64,000 nucleotides of DNA. Origin: a virus. Its lineage: Duplodnaviria > Caudoviricetes. The stretch lies in IMG/VR virus record IMGVR_UViG_3300050343_000159. One strand, written 5' to 3'. Below the pieces are notes generated by a model. That model worked only from the letters and a program-made list of their open reading frames with translations. It did not search any database and had not been told where the DNA came from. A program made the translations under genes and the position numbers. Positions 9,347 through 17,660 of the stretch are shown in pieces. How positions within the stretch are numbered: position 1 is the stretch's first letter; each line of letters begins with the position of its first letter.

Positions 9347-10360
9347 ATGAAAGCTGTTGTTCTTGAAGAACTAAATCAACCTCTTGCACTTAGAGAAGTA
9401 GGATTAACTGAACTTAAGTTCGGTCAGGTATTAGTAAAAGTATTGGTAAGTGGGTTGTGTGGAGCACAACTTCGTCAGATTAAAGGTCATGAAGGTAACG
9501 AAAAGTTTCTACCACACTTGATAGGTCATGAAGGTTGTGGTATCGTTGAGGGTGTGGGTATTGGTGTCACTACCGTAAGACCTGGAGACAAAGTTGTTAT
9601 GCATTGTCACCTTGGTTCTGGTATAGAATCATCTTCCCCTTCATATACTTTGGATGGTAAGACTATCTCTAGTGGAAAGATTACTACCCTAAGTGAGTTC
9701 TCTATCGTATCTGAAAATCGTGTTACTAAGATTGATCTCAAAACCCCTTCGGTTCTCGCTGCTATGCTTGGTTGTAGTCTCACCACTGCTCTGGGTATTG
9801 TTGACAATGAATGTGAACTGAAGTTCGGTGAGTCTGTTGCTATTCTTGGTTGTGGTGGTGTAGGGTTGAACCTTATCCAAGCAGCCAAGATGAAGAATGC
9901 ATCACCCATTTATGGTGTGGATATAAACCAAAGCATGTTTGATCTAGCTTCACAACTAGGAGCAGACTGTTTTGTGTATGATATTCAATATCTTCCAAAT
10001 AAATGTGATATTATTATCGACACAACTGGTATTCCTGATGTTATCTCTGCAGCTTTTGAAAGATTGAAACCTGGTGGAAGATTGATCCTAACCGGACAAC
10101 CCGCACCAGACCGTCTTGTATGTCTTCCTAATGTTGTATCCATGTTTGATGGTGATGGTAAGTCTATTCGTGCCATAAGAGGTGGTGGGACTGATCCTGA
10201 GAAGGATATCCCTCGTTATATTAAACTTGCCCTCAAAGGTTTATTGGATTATGAGACCATACATACTCATACATTTACACTCGATGAAATCAATGAAGCT
10301 TTTGATTTGTTGAGGAGTGGAAGTGCTGGTAAAATTATGATAAAGATTAGCGAATCATGA
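9347..10360 (+). CDS. zinc-binding (MDR) alcohol dehydrogenase family
   Basis: GHEGCGIV, GDKVV, LGCSLTTALG, GCGGVGL Rossmann motif. Confidence 0.85.
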   Translation: MKAVVLEELNQPLALREVGLTELKFGQVLVKVLVSGLCGAQLRQIKGHEGNEKFLPHLIGHEGCGIVEGVGIGVTTVRPGDKVVMHCHLGSGIESSSPSYTLDGKTISSGKITTLSEFSIVSENRVTKIDLKTPSVLAAMLGCSLTTALGIVDNECELKFGESVAILGCGGVGLNLIQAAKMKNASPIYGVDINQSMFDLASQLGADCFVYDIQYLPNKCDIIIDTTGIPDVISAAFERLKPGGRLILTGQPAPDRLVCLPNVVSMFDGDGKSIRAIRGGGTDPEKDIPRYIKLALKGLLDYETIHTHTFTLDEINEAFDLLRSGSAGKIMIKISES

Positions 10361-10512
10361 AACGACTAGACAAAGAAACAGGTAAACTCATGACACAATT
10401 GAACATCAGTAATCTGGTTCAATCTCTTGAGGCTGAAGTAACTTATCTTACCTGTTGGGATTATAACGGTAAGAAGACAAGGAAAATTGTATTTGAGTAC
10501 ACTGATGAGTGA
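10357..10512 (+). CDS. hypothetical protein (51 aa)
   Basis: ATGA-coupled ORF MKRLDKETG...KIVFEYTDE filling the gap in the operon. Confidence 0.4.
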   Translation: MKRLDKETGKLMTQLNISNLVQSLEAEVTYLTCWDYNGKKTRKIVFEYTDE

Positions 10513-11239
10513 TGTAATCCTAGCAGCATGGCATGGAGGGTTGGGTGATAATATTCAATTCTCCACATTACCTGAAGAGTTCTACAAACAACAGGGTAGA
10601 GAAACATATCTGAAGGATGGTTCATCTTTCAGAAACGAAGGTATCTATGAATTGATTTGGAAATACAATCCTTATATCAAAGGTATCAAAGAAGGTGAAT
10701 GGAATGCAGGTGATATCCCAGAGATTGAATATTCCAATGTAGCTGGAACCTGTATTGCAAACTGGGAGAAGCTTCATGGGTTAGAACCAACCAATAAGTA
10801 TCCAAAGATATACTACAAACCTAAAGTATCTTCAGAATATAGTGGTGTTTATCTGGTTGACTTCACATGTATAAGTATTGATTATGATATGGGGAAGTTA
10901 ATCAATAAACTGAAACAACTTCAGAGTGAATATTCTGACATGAAGTTTGTTGAGGTAACATTCTCTGAAGACCTGAGTGGTGATGATGGGAAGTATAATC
11001 AGTATGACATGAACTTGGAGAAACTGGTTATCAATAATATCTTTGACTACTATGACATCATTTGTAGTTGCTCTGGTCTGGTTGCTCTCAGTAGTGGAGC
11101 CAGTCACATGTCCTCTGCAGCAAAGGAACATAACAAATCTCTAAACAGTATTTGCATTATGGAGGAATCGTGGTATAATTACCATGTGAATAAAGGAAAC
11201 CTCTTCATCTTTGACAACATTGACTATCAAGTAATATGA
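10505..11239 (+). CDS. hypothetical protein, possibly glycosyltransferase-like (GT9-like GGLGD start)
   Basis: WHGGLGDNIQFSTLP; SSGASH; operon context. Confidence 0.5.
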   Translation: MSDVILAAWHGGLGDNIQFSTLPEEFYKQQGRETYLKDGSSFRNEGIYELIWKYNPYIKGIKEGEWNAGDIPEIEYSNVAGTCIANWEKLHGLEPTNKYPKIYYKPKVSSEYSGVYLVDFTCISIDYDMGKLINKLKQLQSEYSDMKFVEVTFSEDLSGDDGKYNQYDMNLEKLVINNIFDYYDIICSCSGLVALSSGASHMSSAAKEHNKSLNSICIMEESWYNYHVNKGNLFIFDNIDYQVI

Positions 11240-12213
11240 AATTTTTAATCACAGGTATCACTGGGTTTGCTGGTCCACACCTAGCAAACCTTCTTCATGC
11301 ACGAGGTCATGAGGTTTATGGTCTTATTCGTAGGACTAATGGAATGGAGAGTGACATTCGTGATGTTGTTCCTGATGATGTGTATGAAGATATCACATTT
11401 GTATATGGAGAACTGACAAACTATCGTTCACTCGTTACTATCTTTAAAGATACTCAGTTCGATGGTGTCTTCCACCTTGCAGCTCAATCACATCCACCCA
11501 CAAGTTTCCGTGATCCTATCGGAACTATGGATACTAATGTGATGGGTAGTGCTAACCTGTTCCAAGTCATTCAAGACTTCCAGGATAACTGTAAGGTGAT
11601 GTTCTGTTCTACATCTGAAGTTTATGGGAATGTTGGATCCGATGGTCGTAAGATTCGTTGGGATGATACTATTCTTCCTTCTAATCCTTATGGTGCTTCT
11701 AAGGCAGCGACTGATGTTTATCTCCAAGAGAGATTTGCAAATGGATTCATGAAAGGTTTCATCACTCGTGCGTTCTCACACACTGGTCCACGTCGTGGTC
11801 GTATCTTCTCTATCTCCTCTGATGCTTATCAGATTGCAAGGATGATGAGAGGGTATCAAGAACCAACTCTATTGATTGGAAACCTCTCTACAACCCGTGT
11901 GGTGATGGATGTGAGGGATACAGTAAGAGCATACTACTTGGCTATGATTAATCCTGAAGTGAAGGATCAAATCTTTAATGTGTGTGGTGATACTCCTCGA
12001 CAGATGCAGTATTTTACTGATAAGTTGATTGAACTATCTGGTCTAAAGGATGTGAAACAGAAGATCCATCAACCATTCTGGAGACCACATGAGATTCACT
12101 ATCAACATGGTGACTCTACTAACCTTGTAGAGATGACAGGATTTGAAGAGGAGTATAATATTGACACAACTCTGATGGATCTGTTACGATACTGGTATGA
12201 CAAACTATCATGA
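11236..12213 (+). CDS. gmd: GDP-mannose 4,6-dehydratase family
   Basis: LITGITGFAG, FHLAAQSH, CSTSEVYG, NPYGASK, FSHTGPRRG. Confidence 0.85.
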   Translation: MKFLITGITGFAGPHLANLLHARGHEVYGLIRRTNGMESDIRDVVPDDVYEDITFVYGELTNYRSLVTIFKDTQFDGVFHLAAQSHPPTSFRDPIGTMDTNVMGSANLFQVIQDFQDNCKVMFCSTSEVYGNVGSDGRKIRWDDTILPSNPYGASKAATDVYLQERFANGFMKGFITRAFSHTGPRRGRIFSISSDAYQIARMMRGYQEPTLLIGNLSTTRVVMDVRDTVRAYYLAMINPEVKDQIFNVCGDTPRQMQYFTDKLIELSGLKDVKQKIHQPFWRPHEIHYQHGDSTNLVEMTGFEEEYNIDTTLMDLLRYWYDKLS

Positions 12214-12950
12214 AGAAGATTTTAATCATTGGTGATAGTTGTAAAGACATCTACACCTATTGTGATGTCAAAAGATTGTCACCTGAAAAACCTGTTCCTG
12301 TTCTTGAGGTAGATCATGTAGAGGAGATGCCCGGTATGGCTATGAATGTCTACCGGAATGTATGTCACATGATGCCAAGAAAGAAAGTAGATATTGTTAC
12401 CAATAATAATTGGAAGAGTGTCACGAAGAATAGATTTGTGGACCAGAAAAGTAATCACATGTTTAGTCGTGTTGATACCCCGCAGTTTATTGATAGGGTT
12501 GATGTATTTGAATTAAAGTTAGAGGACTATGAGTATGTCATCATTTCAGATTATGATAAGGGATTTATTTACTGGGATGATATTGAGTGGATTTGTTCTC
12601 GCCATAGTTCCGTTTTTCTTGACACGAAAAAGGAGTTGGACACTTGGGCATTTGATGCTAAGTATATCAAGATCAATAACTTCGAAGCTGAAAGAAGTTG
12701 TATTATGGTTGAACACTTGGGCGAAAAGGTGATTCAAACCTGTGGTAGTGATGGTGTATTTTGGAATGGTGATCTGTTCCCTGTGAAAGATAAGGTAGAA
12801 ACACTAGACGTTAGTGGTGCTGGAGATACCTTCTTAGCAGCACTTGTGGTAAGATACTCACAGGATAAGAAGATTGCAAGTTCTATCAAGTATGCCAATA
12901 GACAGGCAAGTAAGGTAGTATCTAAAAGAGGAACTAGTGTCCCAGACTAA
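12210..12950 (+). CDS. heptose-7-phosphate kinase, HldE/RfaE domain I (PfkB family)
   Basis: IIGDSCKD..RLSPEKPVPV, ISDYDKG, DVSGAGDTF. Confidence 0.8.
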   Translation: MKKILIIGDSCKDIYTYCDVKRLSPEKPVPVLEVDHVEEMPGMAMNVYRNVCHMMPRKKVDIVTNNNWKSVTKNRFVDQKSNHMFSRVDTPQFIDRVDVFELKLEDYEYVIISDYDKGFIYWDDIEWICSRHSSVFLDTKKELDTWAFDAKYIKINNFEAERSCIMVEHLGEKVIQTCGSDGVFWNGDLFPVKDKVETLDVSGAGDTFLAALVVRYSQDKKIASSIKYANRQASKVVSKRGTSVPD

Positions 12951-13356
12951 AACTATTTGGTTGAATGGATGTTATGACATTCTTACTCCTGCTCACATTG
13001 AGTTATTCTCAGTAGCCAGATCCCTTGGTGGGACTGAAGGGAGAGTTATTGTTGGTCTCGATTCTGATGATAAAGTCAAGAGAAGTAAAGGAGATCTGAG
13101 ACCTATCAATACATTCTCAGATCGTAAAATCATGTTAGAGTCTATTAGATACATAGATTTAGTAATAGGATTTGACGATCGTCAGGGATTAGAAAACTTG
13201 ATTGAGATGTTCAAACCCGATATCATGTTACTAGGCGGAGATTGGAGAAATGGGGATGTCGTCGGACGACAACATTGTGAAGATGTCAGATTTCTTGACA
13301 GGAGGGAAGGGTATTCCTCAACAGATATCATCGAAAGGTGCAAACGATCTAATTAA
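12937..13356 (+). CDS. heptose-1-phosphate adenylyltransferase, HldE/RfaE domain II (cytidylyltransferase family)
   Basis: NGCYDILTPAH, VGLDSD..V...KG..RPIN, GGDW, YSSTDII. Confidence 0.8.
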   Translation: MSQTKTIWLNGCYDILTPAHIELFSVARSLGGTEGRVIVGLDSDDKVKRSKGDLRPINTFSDRKIMLESIRYIDLVIGFDDRQGLENLIEMFKPDIMLLGGDWRNGDVVGRQHCEDVRFLDRREGYSSTDIIERCKRSN

Positions 13357-13693
13357 GTTTGTACCAAAAGGATGGGGATATGAGAAGTGGATTGTCAATT
13401 GTCCACTATATTGTGGTAAGATACTATTCATCGCTCAGGGTAAGAAGTGTTCATGGCACTATCATAAGGTAAAGGATGAGGTATTCTATGTCCAGAGTGG
13501 TGCAATAGAAGTTATCTTTTCTTATAAAGATAACCCAGAGGTTGCTGATAAAATCCTTCTAATAGAAGGAGATAAGTTTCATGTTCCTACAGGTATGAGA
13601 CATCAAATGTATGCATTAAAAGATACAGAGTTGTTTGAGTTCTCGACACAACACTTTGACTATGATAGTATTCGTTTACAGAAAGGAGACTGA
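13250..13693 (+). CDS. cupin-domain protein (sugar-phosphate isomerase-like); true start probably ~13330
   Basis: VPKGWGYEKWI, SWHYHKVKDEVF, VPTGMRH. Confidence 0.7.
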   Translation: MGMSSDDNIVKMSDFLTGGKGIPQQISSKGANDLIKFVPKGWGYEKWIVNCPLYCGKILFIAQGKKCSWHYHKVKDEVFYVQSGAIEVIFSYKDNPEVADKILLIEGDKFHVPTGMRHQMYALKDTELFEFSTQHFDYDSIRLQKGD

Positions 13694-14037
13694 TGAGGTA
13701 TTGTTTTGATATTGACGGTACAATCTGTACCCCAACTATAGGAAGGGCATACGATCAGGCAATACCTTATACCTCAAGGATAGATCGTATCAATGGATTA
13801 TATGATGAGGGACACTACATCATCTACTTTACAGCAAGAGCTATGGGTAGGTTTGCTGGTGACCCTGATGATAGACAGAAGGCCAAAGAAGCAATGGAAG
13901 ATATTACTACCGAGCAACTCAAGAAGTGGGGATGTAAACATCATGAACTTCTATTCGGTAAACCACACGCTGATGTGTTTATTGATGACAAGGGTGTAAG
14001 TGATTTGAATTGGTTTGATCAGGAAGGACTTCAGTAA
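13693..14037 (+). CDS. HAD-family phosphatase (capsule-biosynthesis type)
   Basis: FDIDGTIC, YFTARAMG, GKPHADVFIDDK. Confidence 0.7.
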   Translation: MRYCFDIDGTICTPTIGRAYDQAIPYTSRIDRINGLYDEGHYIIYFTARAMGRFAGDPDDRQKAKEAMEDITTEQLKKWGCKHHELLFGKPHADVFIDDKGVSDLNWFDQEGLQ

Positions 14038-14831
14038 TGGACAAGAACAAAGCAGTATTCAAGACTAAAAACATTGGTCCTATCTACTACATCAATCTGG
14101 ATGATCAACCAGAGAGGCGTGAGTTTATGGAGAACCAGTTTAAGTACTGGGAGATAGAGAACTACACCAGAGTATCTGCCTATGATGGTAGAGAAGATGA
14201 TCTGAGTGATATTATCAAGGGTAGATATCCTGAGATGATGTCGTCCGGTGAGATTGGTTGTACTACATCACACCTCAAAGCTATCAAACAGTTCTATGAT
14301 AGTGGAGAACCATATGCAATCATGATGGAAGATGATTGTAGTTTAGATCTAATCAAGTATTGGAACTTTACTTGGAGAGATTTCTACTGTAAGCTTCCTT
14401 ATGACTGGGATGTGTGTCAGATTGCAATCATCTGTACAGGAGATGTACATATCAAGATCCATAAGAGATTTGTAAATGAGTTCTCTACTGCTTGTTATCT
14501 AATCACAAGACACCATGCAGAGAAGATGATTCGTCTTCATTGTCGTGGTGAGAAATACAAACTGGACAATGGTGTAAGACCACGACCAGTTGCAGATGAC
14601 CTTCTGTATAACTCAGGTAATACTTACGCTCTCCCTCTCCTTCTATATCACATCCCATTGGGGTCTAGTATCCACCCAGAACACGTTGATGCCTTCCATA
14701 AGGGTAACTTTGATGCTCAGTTTAACTTCTGGTCACAGAAGGGTGCACAGATGAGTATCGATGAACTGATGGATTATGATCCATATCTTGGTAGAGTGTC
14801 AGAGTCTTCACACCAACCGAACCAAGCTTGA
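14037..14831 (+). CDS. glycosyltransferase family 25 (LPS biosynthesis)
   Basis: YYINLD..PERR, RVSAYDG, GEIGCTTSH, MEDD. Confidence 0.8.
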   Translation: MDKNKAVFKTKNIGPIYYINLDDQPERREFMENQFKYWEIENYTRVSAYDGREDDLSDIIKGRYPEMMSSGEIGCTTSHLKAIKQFYDSGEPYAIMMEDDCSLDLIKYWNFTWRDFYCKLPYDWDVCQIAIICTGDVHIKIHKRFVNEFSTACYLITRHHAEKMIRLHCRGEKYKLDNGVRPRPVADDLLYNSGNTYALPLLLYHIPLGSSIHPEHVDAFHKGNFDAQFNFWSQKGAQMSIDELMDYDPYLGRVSESSHQPNQA

Positions 14832-14861
14832 CGGGTTAGCAGTTTATTGATACAATAAATA
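14828..14861 (+). promoter_or_regulatory. sigma70 promoter overlapping a late-type ATAAATA box
   Basis: TTGACG 14828-33, 17-nt spacer, TACAAT 14851-56; ATAAATA 14855-61. Confidence 0.7.
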
Positions 14862-14862
14862 G

Positions 14863-15014
14863 ACTTGTGAGACGGTAATTCCTCACAAGATTTTTTTCAA
14901 CAGTGCCCTACCCTCGCAAACTTAGGTTAGGGGCATGTAGTTCAAACAAACAGAGACGAGTCGAGTCTCTTTCCATCCGTAGGTTAAACTCTACGAGACA
15001 AAAAGGTAAAACAA
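14863..15014 (+). ncRNA. structured 5' leader, candidate cyanophage manA-type RNA motif
   Basis: Four hairpins: CTTGTGAG/CTCACAAG, TGCCC/GGGCA, AGAGAC/GTCTCT and CGTAG/CTACG; family assignment from memory only. Confidence 0.45.
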
Positions 15015-15381
15015 ATGTTTAAATCTGTATTCGCAGCAACCGCTGCTCTGTCCATGTCCGCTGGCGCTGCCCTTGCAGGTCCCTACGTTAACGTCGAAAC
15101 CAATGCTGGTTGGGTTGGCGATGATTACACCGCGGCAACGACAGACCTCCACGTAGGTTTTGAAGGAGAAGCCGGTGCTGCTTCCTACTACATCCAGGCT
15201 GGTCCTGCAATCGTCGCTGTTGACGGCGAAGAGACTGACACCCAGTTCTCTGGTAAGGCAGGTGTTGGCGTCCCCGTTTCCGACCCTCGGAGTATATGGT
15301 GAGCTGTCCTTCCTGACCGCTGAAGACGATGCTGATGACTTCGGTGTTGGTGGTAAGTTGGGTGTTAAGTACAACTTCTGA
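15015..15381 (+). CDS. small outer-membrane beta-barrel/porin-like protein; apparent indel near 15285
   Basis: Signal peptide MFKSVFAATAALSMSAGAALA, alternating beta-strand pattern, terminal KYNF; two overlapping ORFs join. Confidence 0.65.
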
Positions 15382-15419
15382 TTGTTCATATAGACAAATA
15401 AATATCTAGATGTTATACT

Positions 15420-15447
15420 GGGGGTGCTACGGCATCCCCCTTTTTTT
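15420..15447 (+). terminator. intrinsic terminator
   Basis: GGGGGTGC-TACG-GCATCCCCC followed by T7. Confidence 0.8.
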
Positions 15448-15641
15448 ATGAAAAATTATTTTATAAAGATCATCACTCATCCTGCTACACACTTTAATCT
15501 GATTTCTATTGGAGTATTGATTACGATAGGGGAATGCTTCATAACCATGCTCACTATTCTATGGAAGTAGATGCTGATTCGTATGTCAGGCAATGGTGCA
15601 GTAAGCATCCAAAGAAATGCACGTATAATAGAGATTGGTAG
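15448..15641 (+). CDS. hypothetical small membrane protein; apparent indel near 15535
   Basis: MKNYFIKIITHPATHFNLISIGVLITIG / MLHNHAH..RQWCSKHPKKC. Confidence 0.45.
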
Positions 15642-15663
15642 TAGAAACCCTATGTTACAAATG

Positions 15664-15692
15664 TTGACAAATGTTAAGAAAACATATATAAT
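15664..15692 (+). promoter_or_regulatory. consensus sigma70 promoter for the hli cluster
   Basis: TTGACA 15664-69, 17-nt spacer, TATAAT 15687-92. Confidence 0.85.
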
Positions 15693-15719
15693 ATAACATA
15701 ACTTAACATAAAAGAATTT

Positions 15720-15930
15720 ATGACTGTAACTACTAATGAAAGAGGACAACAAAATTTGTTCGCCAAGGAACCTACAATGTATGTTTCTCAGACTGATGCT
15801 GAAAGATACGGTTATGAAATCCTATGCAGAAAAGGCAGAGAAGCTCAATGGTCGTGCCGCGATGGTTGGATTCTTCTTTGCTATTTTCTCATACTCATTG
15901 ACCGGTAACATTTTCTTCGGTCTTATCTGA
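15720..15930 (+). CDS. hli: high-light inducible protein with N-terminal extension; apparent indel near 15818
   Basis: MTVTTNERGQQNLFAKEP in one frame, AEKAEKLNGRAAMVGF (ExxNGRxAMxG) in the next. Confidence 0.85.
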
Positions 15931-16013
15931 TGACATTACTGGCATTATCTGGTATACTATTTGCGTCCTTCGTGGGCGCATCACTAATCACACAAACAGG
16001 AGAGGAATCATGA
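15930..16013 (+). CDS. hypothetical hydrophobic peptide (27 aa)
   Basis: Translationally coupled ORF MTLLALSGILFASFVGASLITQTGEES. Confidence 0.4.
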   Translation: MTLLALSGILFASFVGASLITQTGEES

Positions 16014-16117
16014 ACGAAAACGCAGAACGCATCAACGGTTGGGCAGCAATGCTCGGAATCATTGCAGCCATCGGCGCATATGCTACAACTGGTCAAATCA
16101 TTCCAGGCTTATGGTAA
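16010..16117 (+). CDS. hli: high-light inducible protein (35 aa)
   Basis: MNENAERINGWAAMLGIIAAIGAYATTGQIIPGLW, with the TGQIIPG C-terminal motif. Confidence 0.92.
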   Translation: MNENAERINGWAAMLGIIAAIGAYATTGQIIPGLW

Positions 16118-16242
16118 TCGAACAAACAATATTATTTTGTTTGGTTCCTCTAATCTTCATGTTATTGTTGGTAGAAGAGGAAGATGATGATAACGATATG
16201 GACGGGGGCATGATGGTTCCCGCATACCAAGGATCCCAATAA
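16111..16242 (+). CDS. small membrane peptide with acidic tail
   Basis: MVIEQTILFCLVPLIFMLLL-EEEDDDNDMDGGMMVPAYQGSQ. Confidence 0.55.
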   Translation: MVIEQTILFCLVPLIFMLLLVEEEDDDNDMDGGMMVPAYQGSQ

Positions 16243-16256
16243 GGGGTCCTTTTTTT
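16231..16256 (+). terminator. intrinsic terminator
   Basis: GGATCCC-AATAA-GGGGTCC followed by a T run. Confidence 0.65.
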
Positions 16257-16286
16257 CTAAATACTGGTGCCACACCAGAACCAATA

Positions 16287-16741
16287 ATGGAAAATAATCC
16301 AGAAGAAATTAAGAAGGAAGATCCAAAAAAGAAAGGTATCCTCGGTAAACTAAAAGAGGCAGCAGATGACAAAGAAGAACAACTTGCTATTCTGTCTACT
16401 TTTGTTAGGCTTGGGATCCTTGTTTGGAGTGGCGGAATACTCACGTTGGCTTATATACAACTCCCCCCAGCTCTTGGTATTCCCGAACAAAAACTAGATC
16501 CAACTTTTATTGCATCTGTATTCACTGGAGTGCTTGCAACCTTTGGTGTTCAGGCAGCTAAGAAGAATGGAGATGGAACCTACAAAGCACAAGCTGCAGT
16601 GCTGCTGGTGGTATCACTAAAGCTGATTTGAAAGAACTCATTGATGCTGCCAAAGAGACAGCACCAGCACAGGTGATTAGAGTAGAACAAGCTCCACTAG
16701 TTATTTCTGCAATTGATCCTAAAAAAGACTTGAAATCCTAA
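16287..16741 (+). CDS. conserved cyanophage membrane protein; apparent indel near 16595
   Basis: Two hydrophobic segments (LSTFVRLGILVWSGGILTLAY; PTFIASVFTGVLATFGV); preceded by CTAAATA. Confidence 0.6.
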
Positions 16742-16801
16742 CAAATAGTTGTCTTAAACACACTCCATATCTAATATAGATTATAGAGTTTTAAGAGAAA
16801 A

Positions 16802-16942
16802 ATGATCTCTTCACTAATGAACAATGGCCTCTTCTTAGGAGGTCTTTGTTATGCCTTAATAGTTGTGCCAGTAATAGGAATGCAACTAATCCATGAACAT
16901 GGATGGCAACACTGGCAACCCTTTGATAAGGGGCACAAGTGA
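16802..16942 (+). CDS. small membrane protein (46 aa)
   Basis: GGLCYALIVVPVIGMQLIHEHGWQHWQPF. Confidence 0.5.
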   Translation: MISSLMNNGLFLGGLCYALIVVPVIGMQLIHEHGWQHWQPFDKGHK

Positions 16943-17148
16943 ATCTAATACTAAGAACACATGAGAACTTCAACGATCCAGTATGGAGTGTGATATGGTG
17001 TATTATTATACTTTTGTTAGGAATTGGTTACTACATCTTATACATAATGAGAACTGCATTTTACGAGTTAGAACATGGGAGCCATGACACCACCCAGCAG
17101 AAAAAGCTGCTACAACTTTCGAGTCACGGAGATCAACCGTGTTCTTGA
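16939..17148 (+). CDS. small membrane protein (GTG start; C-terminus uncertain)
   Basis: DPVWSVIWCIIILLLGIGYYILYIM transmembrane segment. Confidence 0.45.
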   Translation: MNLILRTHENFNDPVWSVIWCIIILLLGIGYYILYIMRTAFYELEHGSHDTTQQKKLLQLSSHGDQPCS

Positions 17149-17533
17149 TGGCGATACTATCGATGTCACCATTGATCTTGGGTTTGATCTATACAAGAAA
17201 GAAAGAGTTAGAGTTGCAGGAGTTGATACGCCAGAAAAGAGAACGAAGAACTTAGAGGAGAAGGCTCTTGGAATCGAAGCAACCAACTGGCTCAAAGAGA
17301 AACTGGAGAGTACTATCGCTGGTGATGATGAGTTGTCTGTTAGGACTGAACTTGTTGGTGGCGTCGGTAAATATGGCCGTCTTCTTGGTTGGCTTTACAT
17401 TGGGGACGACAGTGTGTCCCTCAACGAACAAATGATTGAGGAAGGTTATGCTCACGCATACGACGGAGGAACAAAAGACATGGATCTCGAAGCACTCAGA
17501 GAGATCAGAAGGGCGCACGGCACGTTGGTGTAG
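17075..17533 (+). CDS. thermonuclease (SNase)-like endonuclease
   Basis: RVLDGDTID, RVRVAGVDTPE, GKYGRLLG, LNEQMIEEGYA. Confidence 0.8.
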   Translation: MGAMTPPSRKSCYNFRVTEINRVLDGDTIDVTIDLGFDLYKKERVRVAGVDTPEKRTKNLEEKALGIEATNWLKEKLESTIAGDDELSVRTELVGGVGKYGRLLGWLYIGDDSVSLNEQMIEEGYAHAYDGGTKDMDLEALREIRRAHGTLV

Positions 17534-17660
17534 AAGTGTTGTCTGTGGATCTACACCTTTTATCCCAGACTCCGAATTTGGAGGGGAAAACTGCGAACTA
17601 ACTTGTAGTATTGCTAAAGATTAATTCTAAACTATATACTTTTAATTAGGAAAAGTAAAA

